Notes: generated from the letters alone by a model not told the origin. Positions 40,627 to 53,102 are shown, counted from the first letter of the stretch. The stretch is 64,000 bases of DNA from Octopus vulgaris (GCA_951406725.2 OX597819.1:61132001-61196000); one strand, 5' to 3'. Numbers and translations are program-made.

Positions 40627-41107
40627 GGCTTTACTCCGAAGTTAAAACCATAACTATTTTTTTTCTGTACATGAACTGAAGTATTTTATAAGAAGTTGCC
40701 AGGTGTCACCGCTATTAAAAAGATGGAAATAAAGAAATCTGGCTGGCATCTGTACAAAATACCTCAGCTGATTTCAAGACAGATTCCTTATGTCTTGCCG
40801 CCAAAGTCAACTTGTTTAACAATGTCTGCCAAAACACCGCGAGGAATACTTATTCAATTGGTTGGTTCATTTAGTCACGTACGAGACTGATGTGAATGAT
40901 TTCCAACATTAAAAACGGTATCCATTTTAGTGCTTTAAACCACACACACACACACACAGCCAAAAACATACATGCATGCATGCATATATACATACAAACA
41001 TACATAGATAAATACATACATATGTGTGTGTGTTTGTGTATAAAACATATACATAAATCGCATGAGAAAATGTAGCATACCAATGTATGTATTTTAACTA
41101 TAATTAT

Positions 41108-41305
41108 GGTGCAGCTATGGCTGTGTGGTAAGAAGCTTGCTTTCCAACTATATGGTTCTGGGTTCAGTCCCCACTGCATGACACCTTCGGCTACTATCCT
41201 CTACTATAACTCCGTATCGATCAAACCCTTCTTAGTGTAGTCAGAAGATAGAAACTGAAAGAAGTCCTGCGCGTGCGCGTAAATATATATATACATAGAT
41301 ATGTA

Positions 41306-41345
<40 letters not shown>

Positions 41346-41570
41346 TGCACACACACATGTGTGTGTGTTTATTTGTCCTCCACCGCCGTTTGATAAACGG
41401 TTTTGGTTTGTTTATGTCCCCGTAACTTTTGGTTCGTCGAAAGACACCGACAGAATAGCTACCGGGCTTACAAAAAATGTAATGGGGGTCAATCTTCTCA
41501 GCTAAAACCCTTCGAGGCGACGCTCGAACATGGCTGCAGTCCAATGATTAAAACGCATAAACAATGAAAT
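41108..41570 (+). mobile_element. SINE family B, diverged
   Basis: TGGCTGTGTGGTAAGAAGCTTGC head, internal (TA)n and CATGGCTGCAGTCCAATGA tail. Confidence 0.8.
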
Positions 41571-41605
41571 ATACATGAGCAAACTAAATCTTCTGTCTGC
41601 ATGTG

Positions 41606-41652
<47 letters not shown>

Positions 41653-41655
<3 letters not shown>

Positions 41656-42346
41656 AATTGAGATAGGAGTTGTAAATGCAACCCTCCATGGGATAACATA
41701 TATCCAATATACTGCTAGTGAAGTACCCAACAAAGTTAATACATAAATGTTAAGGATTGCGATGCAATCAATTCATTTACTGTATTATATGGGCAAAGGT
41801 AAAATGATTTACCACAAATTACTAATACAAGATAAGAAAATGGAGAAATACATCTAAATCAAATATCAATTACCAGATAATACTCAATCACATACTTTAT
41901 TAAACCACCACATAAGAGACTGTAGGGTTAAACATAAAAAAGCAGAACAAATCAGTGTACACAAAGGAATGTACATAAAAAAGTGTACATAAAAGAGTAA
42001 TGTTGTATAATAAGTAGAATATATATAAAAAAGAGAATATAAATACAAGTAAATATAAATATAAGTATAGATTACATCTTACAGCTGTTTCGGCCATGTA
42101 GATAAGTATGTCTCATTTTACCAATATTAGCCTTTTATGGTAGGTCAATATATAGATATAAATGAGACATTTATACAACATTACTGTTTTATGTACACTT
42201 TTTTATGTACATTCCTTTATGTACACTGATTTGTTCTGCTTTTTTATGTTTAACCCAACAGTCTCTTATGTGGTGGTTTAATAAAGTATGTGATTGAGTA
42301 TTATCTGGTAATTGATATTTGATTTAGATGTATTTCTCCATTTTCT
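41653..42346 (-). mobile_element. PLE-derived fold-back insert between (TA)n tracts (arms about 41835-42010 and 42171-42346)
   Basis: About 175-bp near-perfect inverted arms; the minus-strand spacer holds a 3' half hammerhead, ggcc GAAAC agct GTA agat (42075-42095). Confidence 0.75.
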
Positions 42347-42370
42347 ATATATATATATATATATATATAT

Positions 42371-42486
42371 CTTGCTTCCCGACCACATGGTGCGTGACAC
42401 CTTGGGCAAGTGTCTTCTACTACAGCGTTGCGCCGACCAAAGCCTTGTGAGTGGATTTGATAGACGGACACTGAAAAAAGCCTGTC

Positions 42487-42529
<43 letters not shown>

Positions 42530-42662
42530 TGTGTGTCTGTGTTTGTCCCCCTACCATCGCTTGACAACTGATGTTGGTGTGTTTACGTCCCCGTAAAATG
42601 AGACCAATAGAATAAGTACTAGGCTTACAAAGAATAAGTCCTGGGGTCAATTTGTTCGACTG
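42371..42662 (+). mobile_element. SINE family B, truncated
   Basis: CACCTTGGGCAAGTGTCTTCTAC...AAGAATAAGTCCTGGGGTC. Confidence 0.8.
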
Positions 42663-43186
42663 CATGACATCCTAGAAAATAAAAAGAAATAATTTTCGAA
42701 GAGTACCAGTCTCCAAATTCTCTAGCATTAGAATTATTGTACGCGCGTGCACACACACACACACACACGCCTGCCTGCCTGCCTATTTATTTATGTATGT
42801 ATGTACCTGTCTATTTAGCTAGCTAGCTAGCTAGATAGATAGATAGCTTTACGTGAAGAATACAGAGAAGTAGAAAGCCGCTGTGAGAATCACAAACAGA
42901 ACCGGAAGCCACACATTTGTACATGTTCCTGACGGCATGTATAACCGAGATAAACTTAGGGTAAATGTCAAAGATTCATTTCCTGATTGAAACCCTTTCC
43001 TTTACGGCCCTTTACATTATTTGCTTGCATCTCTGTCAAACCAACGTTTGATTAATGAGAAATGGCAGCGAAATCTCCGTCAACTCACAATAGGACACTC
43101 TGGGCAGTGTCGTCCTAGATACACTATCTCTGGAAATCAAACGTGAAGATCACGTTGGAGCGCCAAGAATGACATCGTAGAGTACC

Positions 43187-43417
43187 TATTTCTTTACTAC
43201 CCACAAGGGGCCAAACACAGAGGGGACAAACAAGGACAGACACAGGTATTAAGTCGATTACATCGACCCCAGTGCGTAACTGGTACTTAATTTATCGACC
43301 CCGAAAGGATGAAAGGCAAAGTCGACCTCGGCGGAATTTGAACTCACAACGTAACGCAGACGAAATACCGCTAAGCATTTCGCCCGGCGTGCTAACGTTT
43401 CTGCCAGCTCGCCGCCT
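43187..43417 (-). mobile_element. SINE family A, full-length monomer with 12-bp TSD
   Basis: TCGTAGAGTACC at 43175-43186 and 43418-43429. Confidence 0.92.
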
Positions 43418-43903
43418 TCGTAGAGTACCCCGACTTGTTGAGGGTTGTTTCTAGACAGTATTGACGAGCAACCTATTTGTAAGTTTTCTTCGCGTTAAGA
43501 GCTCGATCTGGTTTCAATCCATAGTTAAAACTAATTAAATTCTTTTCTGTTGCTTATGTCCCTGAGAAATGCATTCACTATGCCCTATGCAAACTCTCGT
43601 CTTTGCACGTACGTATATGCATATGCGTGTTTATAATACACTCCCTATTTTTAGGTCACTTTAAAGAAAAACCTTTGATTCAAAAACACTCGATATAGAC
43701 TCGATATTTGGAATGACCAATTTTAAATAATGTTGGATATTACTCACAAAGTATTGGAATCTTACATGTATACCGTTCTGCCTGAAAAATGGATCTACAA
43801 ATTCAATATCCCGACATATCTCACATCTATTTTCTTTCCTCCATCTCACTCTCTATTTTGTATCATATCTAAATTAACTGTTACTTAACTATCCTCTCAC
43901 ATA

Positions 43904-43951
43904 GTCTCCGATGAAGGGATATAATAAATATCCTGGAAACAGATGTAAGAC
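43904..43951 (+). ncRNA. Minimal type I hammerhead with CCGATGA core
   Basis: gtct CCGATGA agggatat-aataa-atatcctg GAAAC agat GTA agac. Confidence 0.7.
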
Positions 43952-44012
43952 CTGTCTATAAAAGGCTATAAACTCAGCCTTGGTTTTTTATCTCATTACG
44001 AAAAAAAGTTTT

Positions 44013-44443
44013 GGATCTTTTCGGTTTGAACGGCAGTTTTTAACATAATTTCTAGATAACTAAAAAATTTTAAACTTCGTATACTGGTAGAATGTGTTTA
44101 TAAAATATCTTTTTCTCTTGGCTTTATTGAGAAAATTCTATAGTTTGTAAGATATTTGTTGTTTTTTTCTTCAATTTCTGCAATTTCAACCAATCAATGA
44201 CGTCCATTGAGGTAAACAACATTCTGTGCCGTATGAATATATCCCTCGTTTAAGAAACAGATTGGGTTTATTTACATTTGTGAAGAAAAAAAGATACCCT
44301 TCCTCCCACCCCACCCCTAACCCTAACAAACCTTAACCCTAAAATAGATTGAAATGCAATAGATCGATACTAGGGTTATAGTTATTGGTGACAATTTCAT
44401 ACGACACCGCTAGAAAAAACTGCCGTTTAAACCGAAAAGATCC
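44013..44443 (-). mobile_element. Second copy of the Merlin-like MITE, opposite orientation
   Basis: Same TIRs, internal CCCTAA repeats, flanks AAAGTTTT / AAATATTT. Confidence 0.85.
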
Positions 44444-44489
44444 AAATATTTATATTCATGTATATTAGTTTCGAGGATATTCAAGGAGA

Positions 44490-44902
44490 TAGGTTTGTTG
44501 ATTACATGGACCCCAGTAAGTGCTCTACTGGTACTTATTTTATCAACCTCTGATGGATGAAAGGCAAAGTCGACCTCGACGAAATTTGAACTCAGAACGT
44601 AATGACAGAGAAAATGCCACTAAGCATTTAACGGTTCTCTTACTTTACCGCCTTATGTGAATTTATATATATTTCTTTACTACCCACAAGGGGCTAAACA
44701 CAGAGGGGACAAACAAGGACAGAAAAAGTGATTAAGTTGATTATATCTACCCGAGTGCGTAACTGGTACTTAATTTATCGATCCCGAAAGAATGAAAGGC
44801 AAAGTCGACCTCGGCGGAATTTGAACTCAGAACGTAACGGCAGACGAAATACGGCTACGCATTTCGCCCGGCGTGCTAACGATTCTGCCAGCTCGCCGCC
44901 TT
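44490..44902 (-). mobile_element. Old family A SINE (44490-44654) plus young family A SINE (44671-44902) with 20-bp TSD
   Basis: CCTTATGTGAATTTATATAT at 44651-44670 and 44903-44922. Confidence 0.9.
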
Positions 44903-45395
44903 CCTTATGTGAATTTATATATTCAACTTTCGAAGCAGCTATACATTTGTACACATTTACATATCAACTGTGTGTATTTCTATTTAAAAAAGGAATAGTG
45001 ACTTATTGAGGCTCACTTTACCATCGAATACCCCTTCCCTTCCCTCAGTTGCAGTCTGGGAGTGACGGGTTCTAACGACAGGCTGTGATTTGTAATCAAG
45101 CCGTTCAAATAACGCTCTATAATTACCGTATGTTTGTTTCTGTGTGTGTGTCTGTATGTGTGTGTATTTTATCTAATGATTTAGTTTCGTGTGTTTTCGC
45201 CTTATAACCGAAGAATACTGTGCTTTATTTGCATTTCATAGTTCATTGACAAGTTAATTAAAGCGTGCCTGAAGTAACTTCTTTCGTTCCAGGTTGAGAC
45301 GGAGCCAAAAATTGAGAACAACACTTCCAAACATGTAACTTTATCATCTCCAACAACACTAGCGTGTTCTGTAGCGATATAATGGTTTCTATTGG

Positions 45396-45400
<5 letters not shown>

Positions 45401-45435
<35 letters not shown>

Positions 45436-45527
45436 TGTATGTATGTATATACGCATATATACGTGTATATATATGTATGTATGTATATATGTATGTATGT
45501 ATATATATATGTATGTATATATATATG

Positions 45528-45558
<31 letters not shown>

Positions 45559-45901
45559 GTATGTATATATATGTATATATATATATGTATATATATGTAT
45601 ATATATATATGTATATATGTATGTATATATATATATATGTATGTATATATATATATATGTATGTATATATATATATGTATGTATATATATATATATATGT
45701 ATGTATATATATATGTATGTATATATATATGTGTGTATGTATATATATGTATGTATATATATATATGTGTGTATGTATATATATGTATGTATATATATAT
45801 GTATGTATATGTATGAATATATGTATATATATATATGTATGTATATGTATGTATATGTATGTATATATATATGTATGCATGTATATATATGTATATATAT
45901 G

Positions 45902-45943
<42 letters not shown>

Positions 45944-46045
45944 CATATGTATGTATATATACATATGCATGTATGTATATGTATGTATGTATATGTATAT
46001 ATATATGTATATATATATATATGTATTTATATATATTTATGTGTG
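45401..46045. repeat. About 640-bp (TA)n/(TATG)n microsatellite
   Basis: Visible directly. Confidence 0.95.
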
Positions 46046-46249
46046 TCCTCATTGTTTTAGATGTTGTTGTTGGCGCTATCGTTGTTTTGCCTTAAGTCAG
46101 CTTCTTAGCTTTCCTATCTCAGTCTATATTATACAATATTTCAATCGTTTTTTTCTGAAGATGTTAGGTTATGTTATTTGAGGGTGATTTTGATGTTGAT
46201 ATTTAGCTCATCGGCTGATCACACTGAGGCTCAATACCGTTAGCTTAAA

Positions 46250-47023
46250 CTCGTTTTGGCAGAGTTGACCTCACCAAAGAGCTGGAGCAAATGCTAAAAA
46301 GCGTTTTTTCCCGTAGCTTCAATGATTCTGCCAGTGAGCCGCCTTGATAAACATGATTATTCGGTACAAAGACCAGGAAGTTGTTGGGGCTGGGGCTTAA
46401 GTCGATTACATCGATCCCAGTGTCCAACTGGTACTTATATTTATCGACCTCGAAAAGATGAATGGCAAAGTCAACTTCAGCAGAATTTGAACTCAGAACA
46501 TGAAGACGGACGAAGAACCGCAAATTGTTTTCCTCGGCGTGCTAATGATTCTAGTAGCTCGCTGTCTTTAAATATATCTTCTAAATACTTGACTATTCTT
46601 TTCTTATTTCTTTATTGCCCACAAGAGGCTAAACATAGAGGGGAAAACAAGGACAGACAAAGGGCTTAAGTCGATTATATCGACCCCAGTGTGTAACTGG
46701 TACTTAATTTATCGACCCCGAAAGAATGAAAGGCAAAGTCGACCTCGGCGGAATTTGAACTCACAACGTAGCGGCAGACGAAATACCTATTTCTTTACTA
46801 CTCCCAAGGGGCTAAACACAGAGAGGACAAACAAGGACAGACAAACGGATTAAGTCGTTTATATCGACGCCAGTACGTAACTGGTACTTAACTTATCGAC
46901 CCCGAAAGGATGAAAGGCAAAGTCGACCTCAGCGGAATTTGAACTCAGAACGTAACGGCAGACGAAATACTGCTAAATATTTCGCCCGGCGTGCTAACGT
47001 CTCTGCCAGCTCCTCGCCGCCTT
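46250..47023 (-). mobile_element. Stack of family A SINEs: two old copies plus a young dimer (46600-47023)
   Basis: Dimer junction GAAATACCTATTTC at 46780 with 184-bp period; TSD-like TAAATACTTGACTATT / TAAATATTTGAATATT. Confidence 0.85.
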
Positions 47024-47289
47024 TAAATATTTGAATATTGAGAAATATAATAAACTTTATTTTTGTGTTTTTTCATTTTATTTAGGAGATCTTTGGACAA
47101 AATGCCTAGAGATGTCAGCTGCCGCTCATTAGGTTTAGAGTTAATATCCCAACAAGATCCTTTTTCTTCTTGCGGAGGTAAATAAAATGAAGCACGAGTC
47201 AAGTTCCAGGATCGATTCAATTGATTACCAGCCTGTGCCAATGTGAAGAGGTTTGACACGGTATAGGGGATCCCAAACTCTCTCAGTTT

Positions 47290-47425
47290 TATTTTCTGAG
47301 TTCAAATAACGTCGAGGTCGACTTTGCCTTTCATTCTTTCGGGGTCGATAAAATAAGTACCAGTTGAACACTGGGGTCGATGTAATGGACTTAATCCGTC
47401 TCCCGCAAAATGTCAGGCCTTGTGC
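47290..47425 (+). mobile_element. SINE family A, 5'-truncated
   Basis: GAGGTCGACTTTGCCTTTCATTCTTTCGGGGTCGATAAAATAAGTACCAG. Confidence 0.85.
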
Positions 47426-47715
47426 TTATTTAAGAGTAGAAAGAATATTAGATTGATAAATTGGTTCAAATATTTGGAGCCGAGCCGAAAACCTTGAAAA
47501 CTCATTTTGACATTCATTGCAAATCATCTGGGAATCTTACCGTTGAAAAGCTGGCGCCATATTTGGGGGCCGAGAACTCACCCTTAAAAAGTTTCTGTGT
47601 TTTTTTGTATGTATTGAATTTCAAACTCCTCTATAACCATTTGTTATTAAATATGCATGTGATCAATTAAAAAAATCACACATACACACATACATAAGTA
47701 GGACACACATTCATA

Positions 47716-47764
<49 letters not shown>

Positions 47765-47875
47765 CTAGATAGATAGATATAGATATATACGTGTGCGTGC
47801 GTGTGTATGTTTATGTGCATGAATGTGTGTGTATATGTATTTATGTACCTGTATGTGGAGGTACTTATGAGCGTG

Positions 47876-47912
<37 letters not shown>

Positions 47913-48280
47913 GCTTGCGTGTGTGTGGGTGTATGTGTGTGGGTGGGTGGGTGTATGTGTGTGGGTGGGTGGGTGTGAGTGCACGACACCGGAAATGTCT
48001 CATTCAAAGCTTCCTTTAATTAGAAGCTAAAAAGTGGCCGGCCCTTGTGAGATGACTTGTGTTTTGTTGACTGCAATTAAAATTACTTGTGCACCAATCT
48101 GAAAGAAAAATGCAGTTATGCGTATCGGCAACATTAACTGAAAAGAATTATATATATAATATAATATAATATAATATAACATAATATTATATTATATTAT
48201 ATTATATATAAATATACATGCACACACACACATACACACATATAGGGACATATATACATGTGTGTGTGTGTATGCGTGCA

Positions 48281-48555
48281 TGATGATGCATGACCTAGTG
48301 GTTAGGATGTTCCAACCACTATCATAAGATTGTTGTTTCGATTTCTGGATCGGGCGGAGTGTTGTGTTCTTGAATAAAGTACTTCATTTCACGTTACTCC
48401 AGTTAACTCAGCTGTAAATTCACTCCTGCAAAAGTTGTGAAGCTGACCCTGCGCCAACTGGCGTTCCAATCAAGTGTGAGTGATGTAATTTCAGCCATTT
48501 ATAAGCCATGGAAACCGGGTTAAACCGCGACCTTATGAGCTGTAGGACTCATGAC
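48281..48555 (+). mobile_element. tRNA-derived SINE, diverged (V/CORE-like body)
   Basis: TAGTGGTTAGG head, GTGTTCTTGAATAAAGTACTT body and ATGGAAACCGGG tail. Confidence 0.6.
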
Positions 48556-48607
48556 AGAAATTAAGATGGATACTGTGTGTGTGTATTTGTATGTGTGTAT
48601 GTATATG

Positions 48608-48657
<50 letters not shown>

Positions 48658-48696
48658 TAAAAAATGGAGTTAACGCAGGTTTAAACAAGTATTTTT

Positions 48697-48782
48697 ACTT
48701 TCGACACATGTTTCGAAAATTCCACTGATACTATTCAAAAGAATAAATGGTATAAACAATGCAATCTTCTCTTCGGGAAAGT
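48697..48782 (-). ncRNA. Type I hammerhead, CCGAAGA core, long stem II (left arm copy)
   Basis: Reverse complement of 49607-49692. Confidence 0.75.
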
Positions 48783-48983
48783 GAAAAAAACGAAACTCGT
48801 CAATACGACATTTTAGCAAAAAATGATGGATTTGTATAGCGATAGACCGAACGCTATTAATATTGTTTAAAAAAACGTTATATAATATAACGTCATAAGT
48901 AGCTAACAGAAAGAGTAGGGATATTAATAGTGAATGTTAAATATAAAGGAAATTAAAGTTTAAATTATATATAATGATAGAGA

Positions 48984-49319
48984 CTACTTATATGCACTAA
49001 ATGTATGTTTCTGCCAATGCTTACATCTGTATGCTCGTTCTATAACCGTGTTTACTAGAGTATTTTTAGAAAAAATAATGAAAAATAGCTCAGAATTGCA
49101 GAGAAGACAGAATTTCTTGCCTTTGTCATATGGTATCGAAATTGAGAGGATCAACCATTCTAAATGAAATTGTTCATTGTGGTCTTTTAAATCCCAAATC
49201 AGTTTGCTGAGACCGGTACTATTCCGTTTATTTCTATCCCTAAATGTTGAGTAATGGATAGAAATTCTTTTAGATAACTCTAACGATGTGCTTCCAATGT
49301 AAAATCGTACTTTATTACT
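48984..49319 (-). pseudogene. PLE GIY-YIG endonuclease C-terminal fragment; 111 open codons with no start, absent from the ORF track
   Basis: Manual translation: SNKVRFYIGSTSLELSKRISIHYSTFRDRNKRNSTGLSKLIWDLKDHNEQFHLEWLILSISIPYDKGKKFCLLCNSELFFIIFSKNTLVNTVIERAYRCKHWQKHTFSAYK*. The YIG-T, R-x3-H, LS-x2-IW-x-LK and CxLC..CxH motifs resemble Neptune-type PLEs. Confidence 0.85.
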
Positions 49320-49606
49320 CTAAAAATACTCTAGTAAACACGGTTATAGAACGAGCATACAGATGTAAGCATTGGCAGAAACATACGTTTAGTGCATATA
49401 AGTAGTCTCTATCATTATATATAATTTAAACTTTAATTTCCTTTATATTTAACATTCACTATTAATATCCCTACTCATTCTGTTAGCTACTTATGACGTT
49501 ATATCATATAACGTTTTTTTAAACAATATTAATAGCGTTCTGTCTATCGCTATACAAATCCATCATTTTTTGCTAAAATGTCTTATTGACGAGTTTCGTT
49601 TTTTTC

Positions 49607-49692
49607 ACTTTCCCGAAGAGAAGATTGCATTGTTTATACCATTTATTCTTTTGAATAGTATCAGTGGAATTTTCGAAACATGTGTCGAAAGT
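49607..49692 (+). ncRNA. Type I hammerhead, CCGAAGA core, long stem II (right arm copy)
   Basis: actttc CCGAAGA gaagattgcattg...cagtggaattttc GAAAC atgt GTC gaaagt; perfect 6-bp stem I. Confidence 0.78.
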
Positions 49693-49888
49693 AAAAATAC
49701 TTGTTTAAACCTGCGTTAACTCCATTTTTTATTCATATTATTCAAAATATTCAACGTAAACACGAAGTTTCAACCTTTATAAACAAGGAGTTACAACATC
49801 TTTACTTGTGAGATTTTTGCTGCCCTGGTAACTATTTATTTATTTATTTTTCCGTGTTAATTGTTAACAAGGTAAAACTACACTCATC

Positions 49889-49926
<38 letters not shown>

Positions 49927-49949
49927 GCAGACTGGAGAGACGTAATGAA

Positions 49950-50130
49950 AGGCGGTGCTCTAGCGAAATCGGTAGCAAGCCGCCGGACAATTAAGCTTTA
50001 TCGCATTTCTCGCGGCTTTACGATCTGATTTCAAATTCCGCTCAAGTCAGCTTTAGTTTCCTCCTCCCTAGCAAGATAAAATAAGTACCAGTTGAGCACT
50101 AGTGTCGATGTAATAGATTAACCTTCTCCC
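49950..50130 (+). mobile_element. SINE family A, strongly diverged
   Basis: AAGGCGGTG...GATTTCAAATTCCG...GATAAAATAAGTACCAGTTGAGCACT. Confidence 0.65.
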
Positions 50131-50856
50131 TCGCTACCTTCCGTTACGTTAGCTTACACCTGTTTCATTGAAAATTATAGATGACTTCAACCATCCAGGT
50201 CAGGTAACTTTCCTAGGTATTTACATTATCATTGATTCGTATAGAATGTATGATACAAGTTAACTTTTCTTTATAAAAGAGATAAGTATGGGGAGTAGAA
50301 AAACATATTTGTCCTCGATTGCGTAATTAGGCTATAACAGTCACTGAAACACGTGTAAATGACGTAATCAAAGAATTTATGAACCTGCTCTCCAGTTTTC
50401 TTACTATATGTATTCTGTTGTGTGCGTTGTTTTGAACAATGGTTACCAGAGAAACAAAACTTTGAGCATGATACACGAGTTCACTTCTCAGTTTTCTCTT
50501 TCAATGTATATATACATATACACACACGCACGCACGCAAAACCCACCCACCAACACACATACACTCGCTCTCTCTCTCGCGCACACACACACACACACAC
50601 ATACACATACATATTTGAGTAGGAATGGATTCACTCGGAGCGACATTTTTACCGCTCAATTTTCGATACTTGCTAATCACATTAAACTTCCACCATTGCT
50701 TGATCACAAGAGACACAATGCAGTCTATAGCGTACGATAAAGAGTACATCCATAATTAGAGAAAGAAAATACACACACACACACGTTTAAGAGTTCGGTG
50801 AGGCATAGCAGTACAATTGCCTAGTTATTAGAATGCAATATACTTATGATTTAGAA

Positions 50857-51208
50857 TAGTGGATCTCAACCAGGGTCCGTATGGTCCCTTAGGGCCTATA
50901 TAAGATTTTTGGGGGTCTATGTAACAAAACAGTAAATTAGGGATCCACAATAGTATTTTAAGGGCCCCTGAAAAAAAATTCACTTTAGATATATATATAT
51001 TGGTGTGTATTGCAAAACACAACTGGGTTTCTTTCTCTAATATTTTACATGGTTCAACCAACACAAGTTGAAGTGTGAAAAGGAAATTGGGAATTTTGAA
51101 AGAAATTTTGTATAAAACTAGTTTTTAAACATGGAATGGCTAAGGAGTCCACCAGAATAAAATAGTAATCAAAGGGGTACATAGGTAAAAAATGGTTGAG
51201 AACTTCTG
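50857..51208. mobile_element. hAT (Charlie-like) MITE
   Basis: TIRs TAGTGGATCTCAACC / GGTTGAGAACTTCTG; 8-bp flanks ATTTAGAA / ATTTAGTG. Confidence 0.75.
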
Positions 51209-51371
51209 ATTTAGTGTAAATCATTAGCCGTACAGAACGTGATGTTAATTAATGACAAGAGATCAAGTGTCACGTAATTACATTCATTTGCTCACAGTTT
51301 GTTCTCTGCAGTAAAAAGCAATGAATTCAGAGCTGAATGCTTGTGCAGCATCCTATAGCTTCCTCGGAGCT

Positions 51372-51408
<37 letters not shown>

Positions 51409-51529
51409 ATGTATGTATTATGAATGCATGCATGTATGAATGTATTTATGCGTGCATGTATATATATATATATGTATTATGTATGCAGATATGTATGTAT
51501 GTATCTATGTATGTACGTATGTATGGGTC

Positions 51530-51853
51530 TAAAAACGTCGCCCTTTTCAAGCCTAGCCAAGCTCACGGGCCTGGTTTCCCGTTTTCTGTGGCGTATGTGT
51601 TTCCCCCCTTCCCCTACCAGCTGGACGGGACGCCAGACCATCGCAGCGTTATTCAAGAAACAGGAAGAGAGAGTGAGAGAAAGTTGTGGCGAAAGAGTAC
51701 AACAGGGATCACCACCACCCCCTGCCGGAGTCTCGTGGAGCTTTTAGGTGTTTTCCCTCAATAAACATACACACAACGCCCGGTCTGGAAATCGAAAACG
51801 CGATCCTCCGACCGCGAGTCCGCCGCCCTAACCACTGTGCTATTGCGCCTCCA
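51530..51853 (-). mobile_element. tRNA-derived SINE family E, tail type 1
   Basis: Head TGGAGGCGCAATAGCACAGTGGTTAGGGCGGCGGACTCGCGGTC; body shared with 53415-53607. Confidence 0.8.
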
Positions 51854-52166
51854 TGTATGGTTCTAGGGCTGAATAAATGTAAATGTATATTTGCCTAAAT
51901 TTAATTCTTACTTCTATGTGTGTGTGTGTTTGGATGGATGGATGGATGGAAGGATGGAAGGAAGGAAGCAAGCAAGCATGTATGTATGTTTGTGTTCCGA
52001 AGCGTGGTCGTGTTTCTGTCCTGTTCACAACAGACACGTGTTTCAATCCCCATAGGTGATTCGGTCCACTTTATTTTCCGTTGAAAGGGTATTGTTACGC
52101 AAATTATGCTTTGATTTGAGTGACTTCCCTTTATATAAAGGGAATGTGCATTTGATGATAAGAGAG

Positions 52167-52224
<58 letters not shown>

Positions 52225-52733
52225 GCCATTTTGAATAACCTACGCTGAATCGAGAATATCATGGCTAACACTATATAACGCTTTACTCTTTTGGACTATG
52301 ACTGGAAATTAGGTTCTTTGAATCAGGAATTGCACAACCGGTATTAACCAATGATTTTAATGAGGTGTTAGTTATTTACGTATAGTTCTGTTTGCATTTG
52401 AGCTTCTTAAGAATACTTATTTCCCAACTACTCAACGCTTCGAGAAAAACAAAACACACGTATACACAGACACACACAAACGCATGCACACATACACACA
52501 AACACATCCATACACACACACACGAGCACACTTATATTTATGTCATGATCATTTAGAAATTTCGAGAGAACGTGAAATAATCTGTTTTTAACGGCTGATC
52601 TCGAAACAGAAAAGCTGTAAATCATAGCGTCTAAATATTGGGTTAAAAATCCATTTGCATAAAGTTCGAAGTCTCCTCTTAGCATTCAAACCTACATATG
52701 CAAACATGATCAAAAACGAATTAATTTATCATA

Positions 52734-53102
52734 GGCGCATGCGTGGCTGTGTGGTAAGTAGCTTACTTACTAACCACATGGTTCCGGGTTCAGTCCCAAT
52801 GCGTGGCACCTTGTGCAAGTGTCCTCTACTATAGCCTCGGGCCAACCAAATCCTTGAGTGGATTGGTAGACAGAAACTGAAAGAAGCCCGTCCTATATAT
52901 ATATTCTGGTGTGTCTGTATTTGCCCCCCCCCCCCCCACACCATCGCTTGACAACCGATGTGTTTACGTCCCAGTAATTTAGCGGTTCGGCAAAAGAGAC
53001 TCATAGAATAAGTACTTGGCTTACAAGGAATAAATCCTGGGGTCGATTTGCTCGACTAAAGGCGGTATTCCAGCATGGCCGCATGACTGAAACAAGTAAA
53101 AG

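Larger units (their letters stand above)
48652..49888 (-). mobile_element. 5'-truncated Penelope-like retroelement with inverted pLTR copy, inserted in (TA)n
   Basis: About 419-bp inverted arms (48652-49070 / 49319-49737; about five mismatches by eye), a GIY-YIG coding spacer, an HHR in each arm and (TA)n on both sides. Confidence 0.92.
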
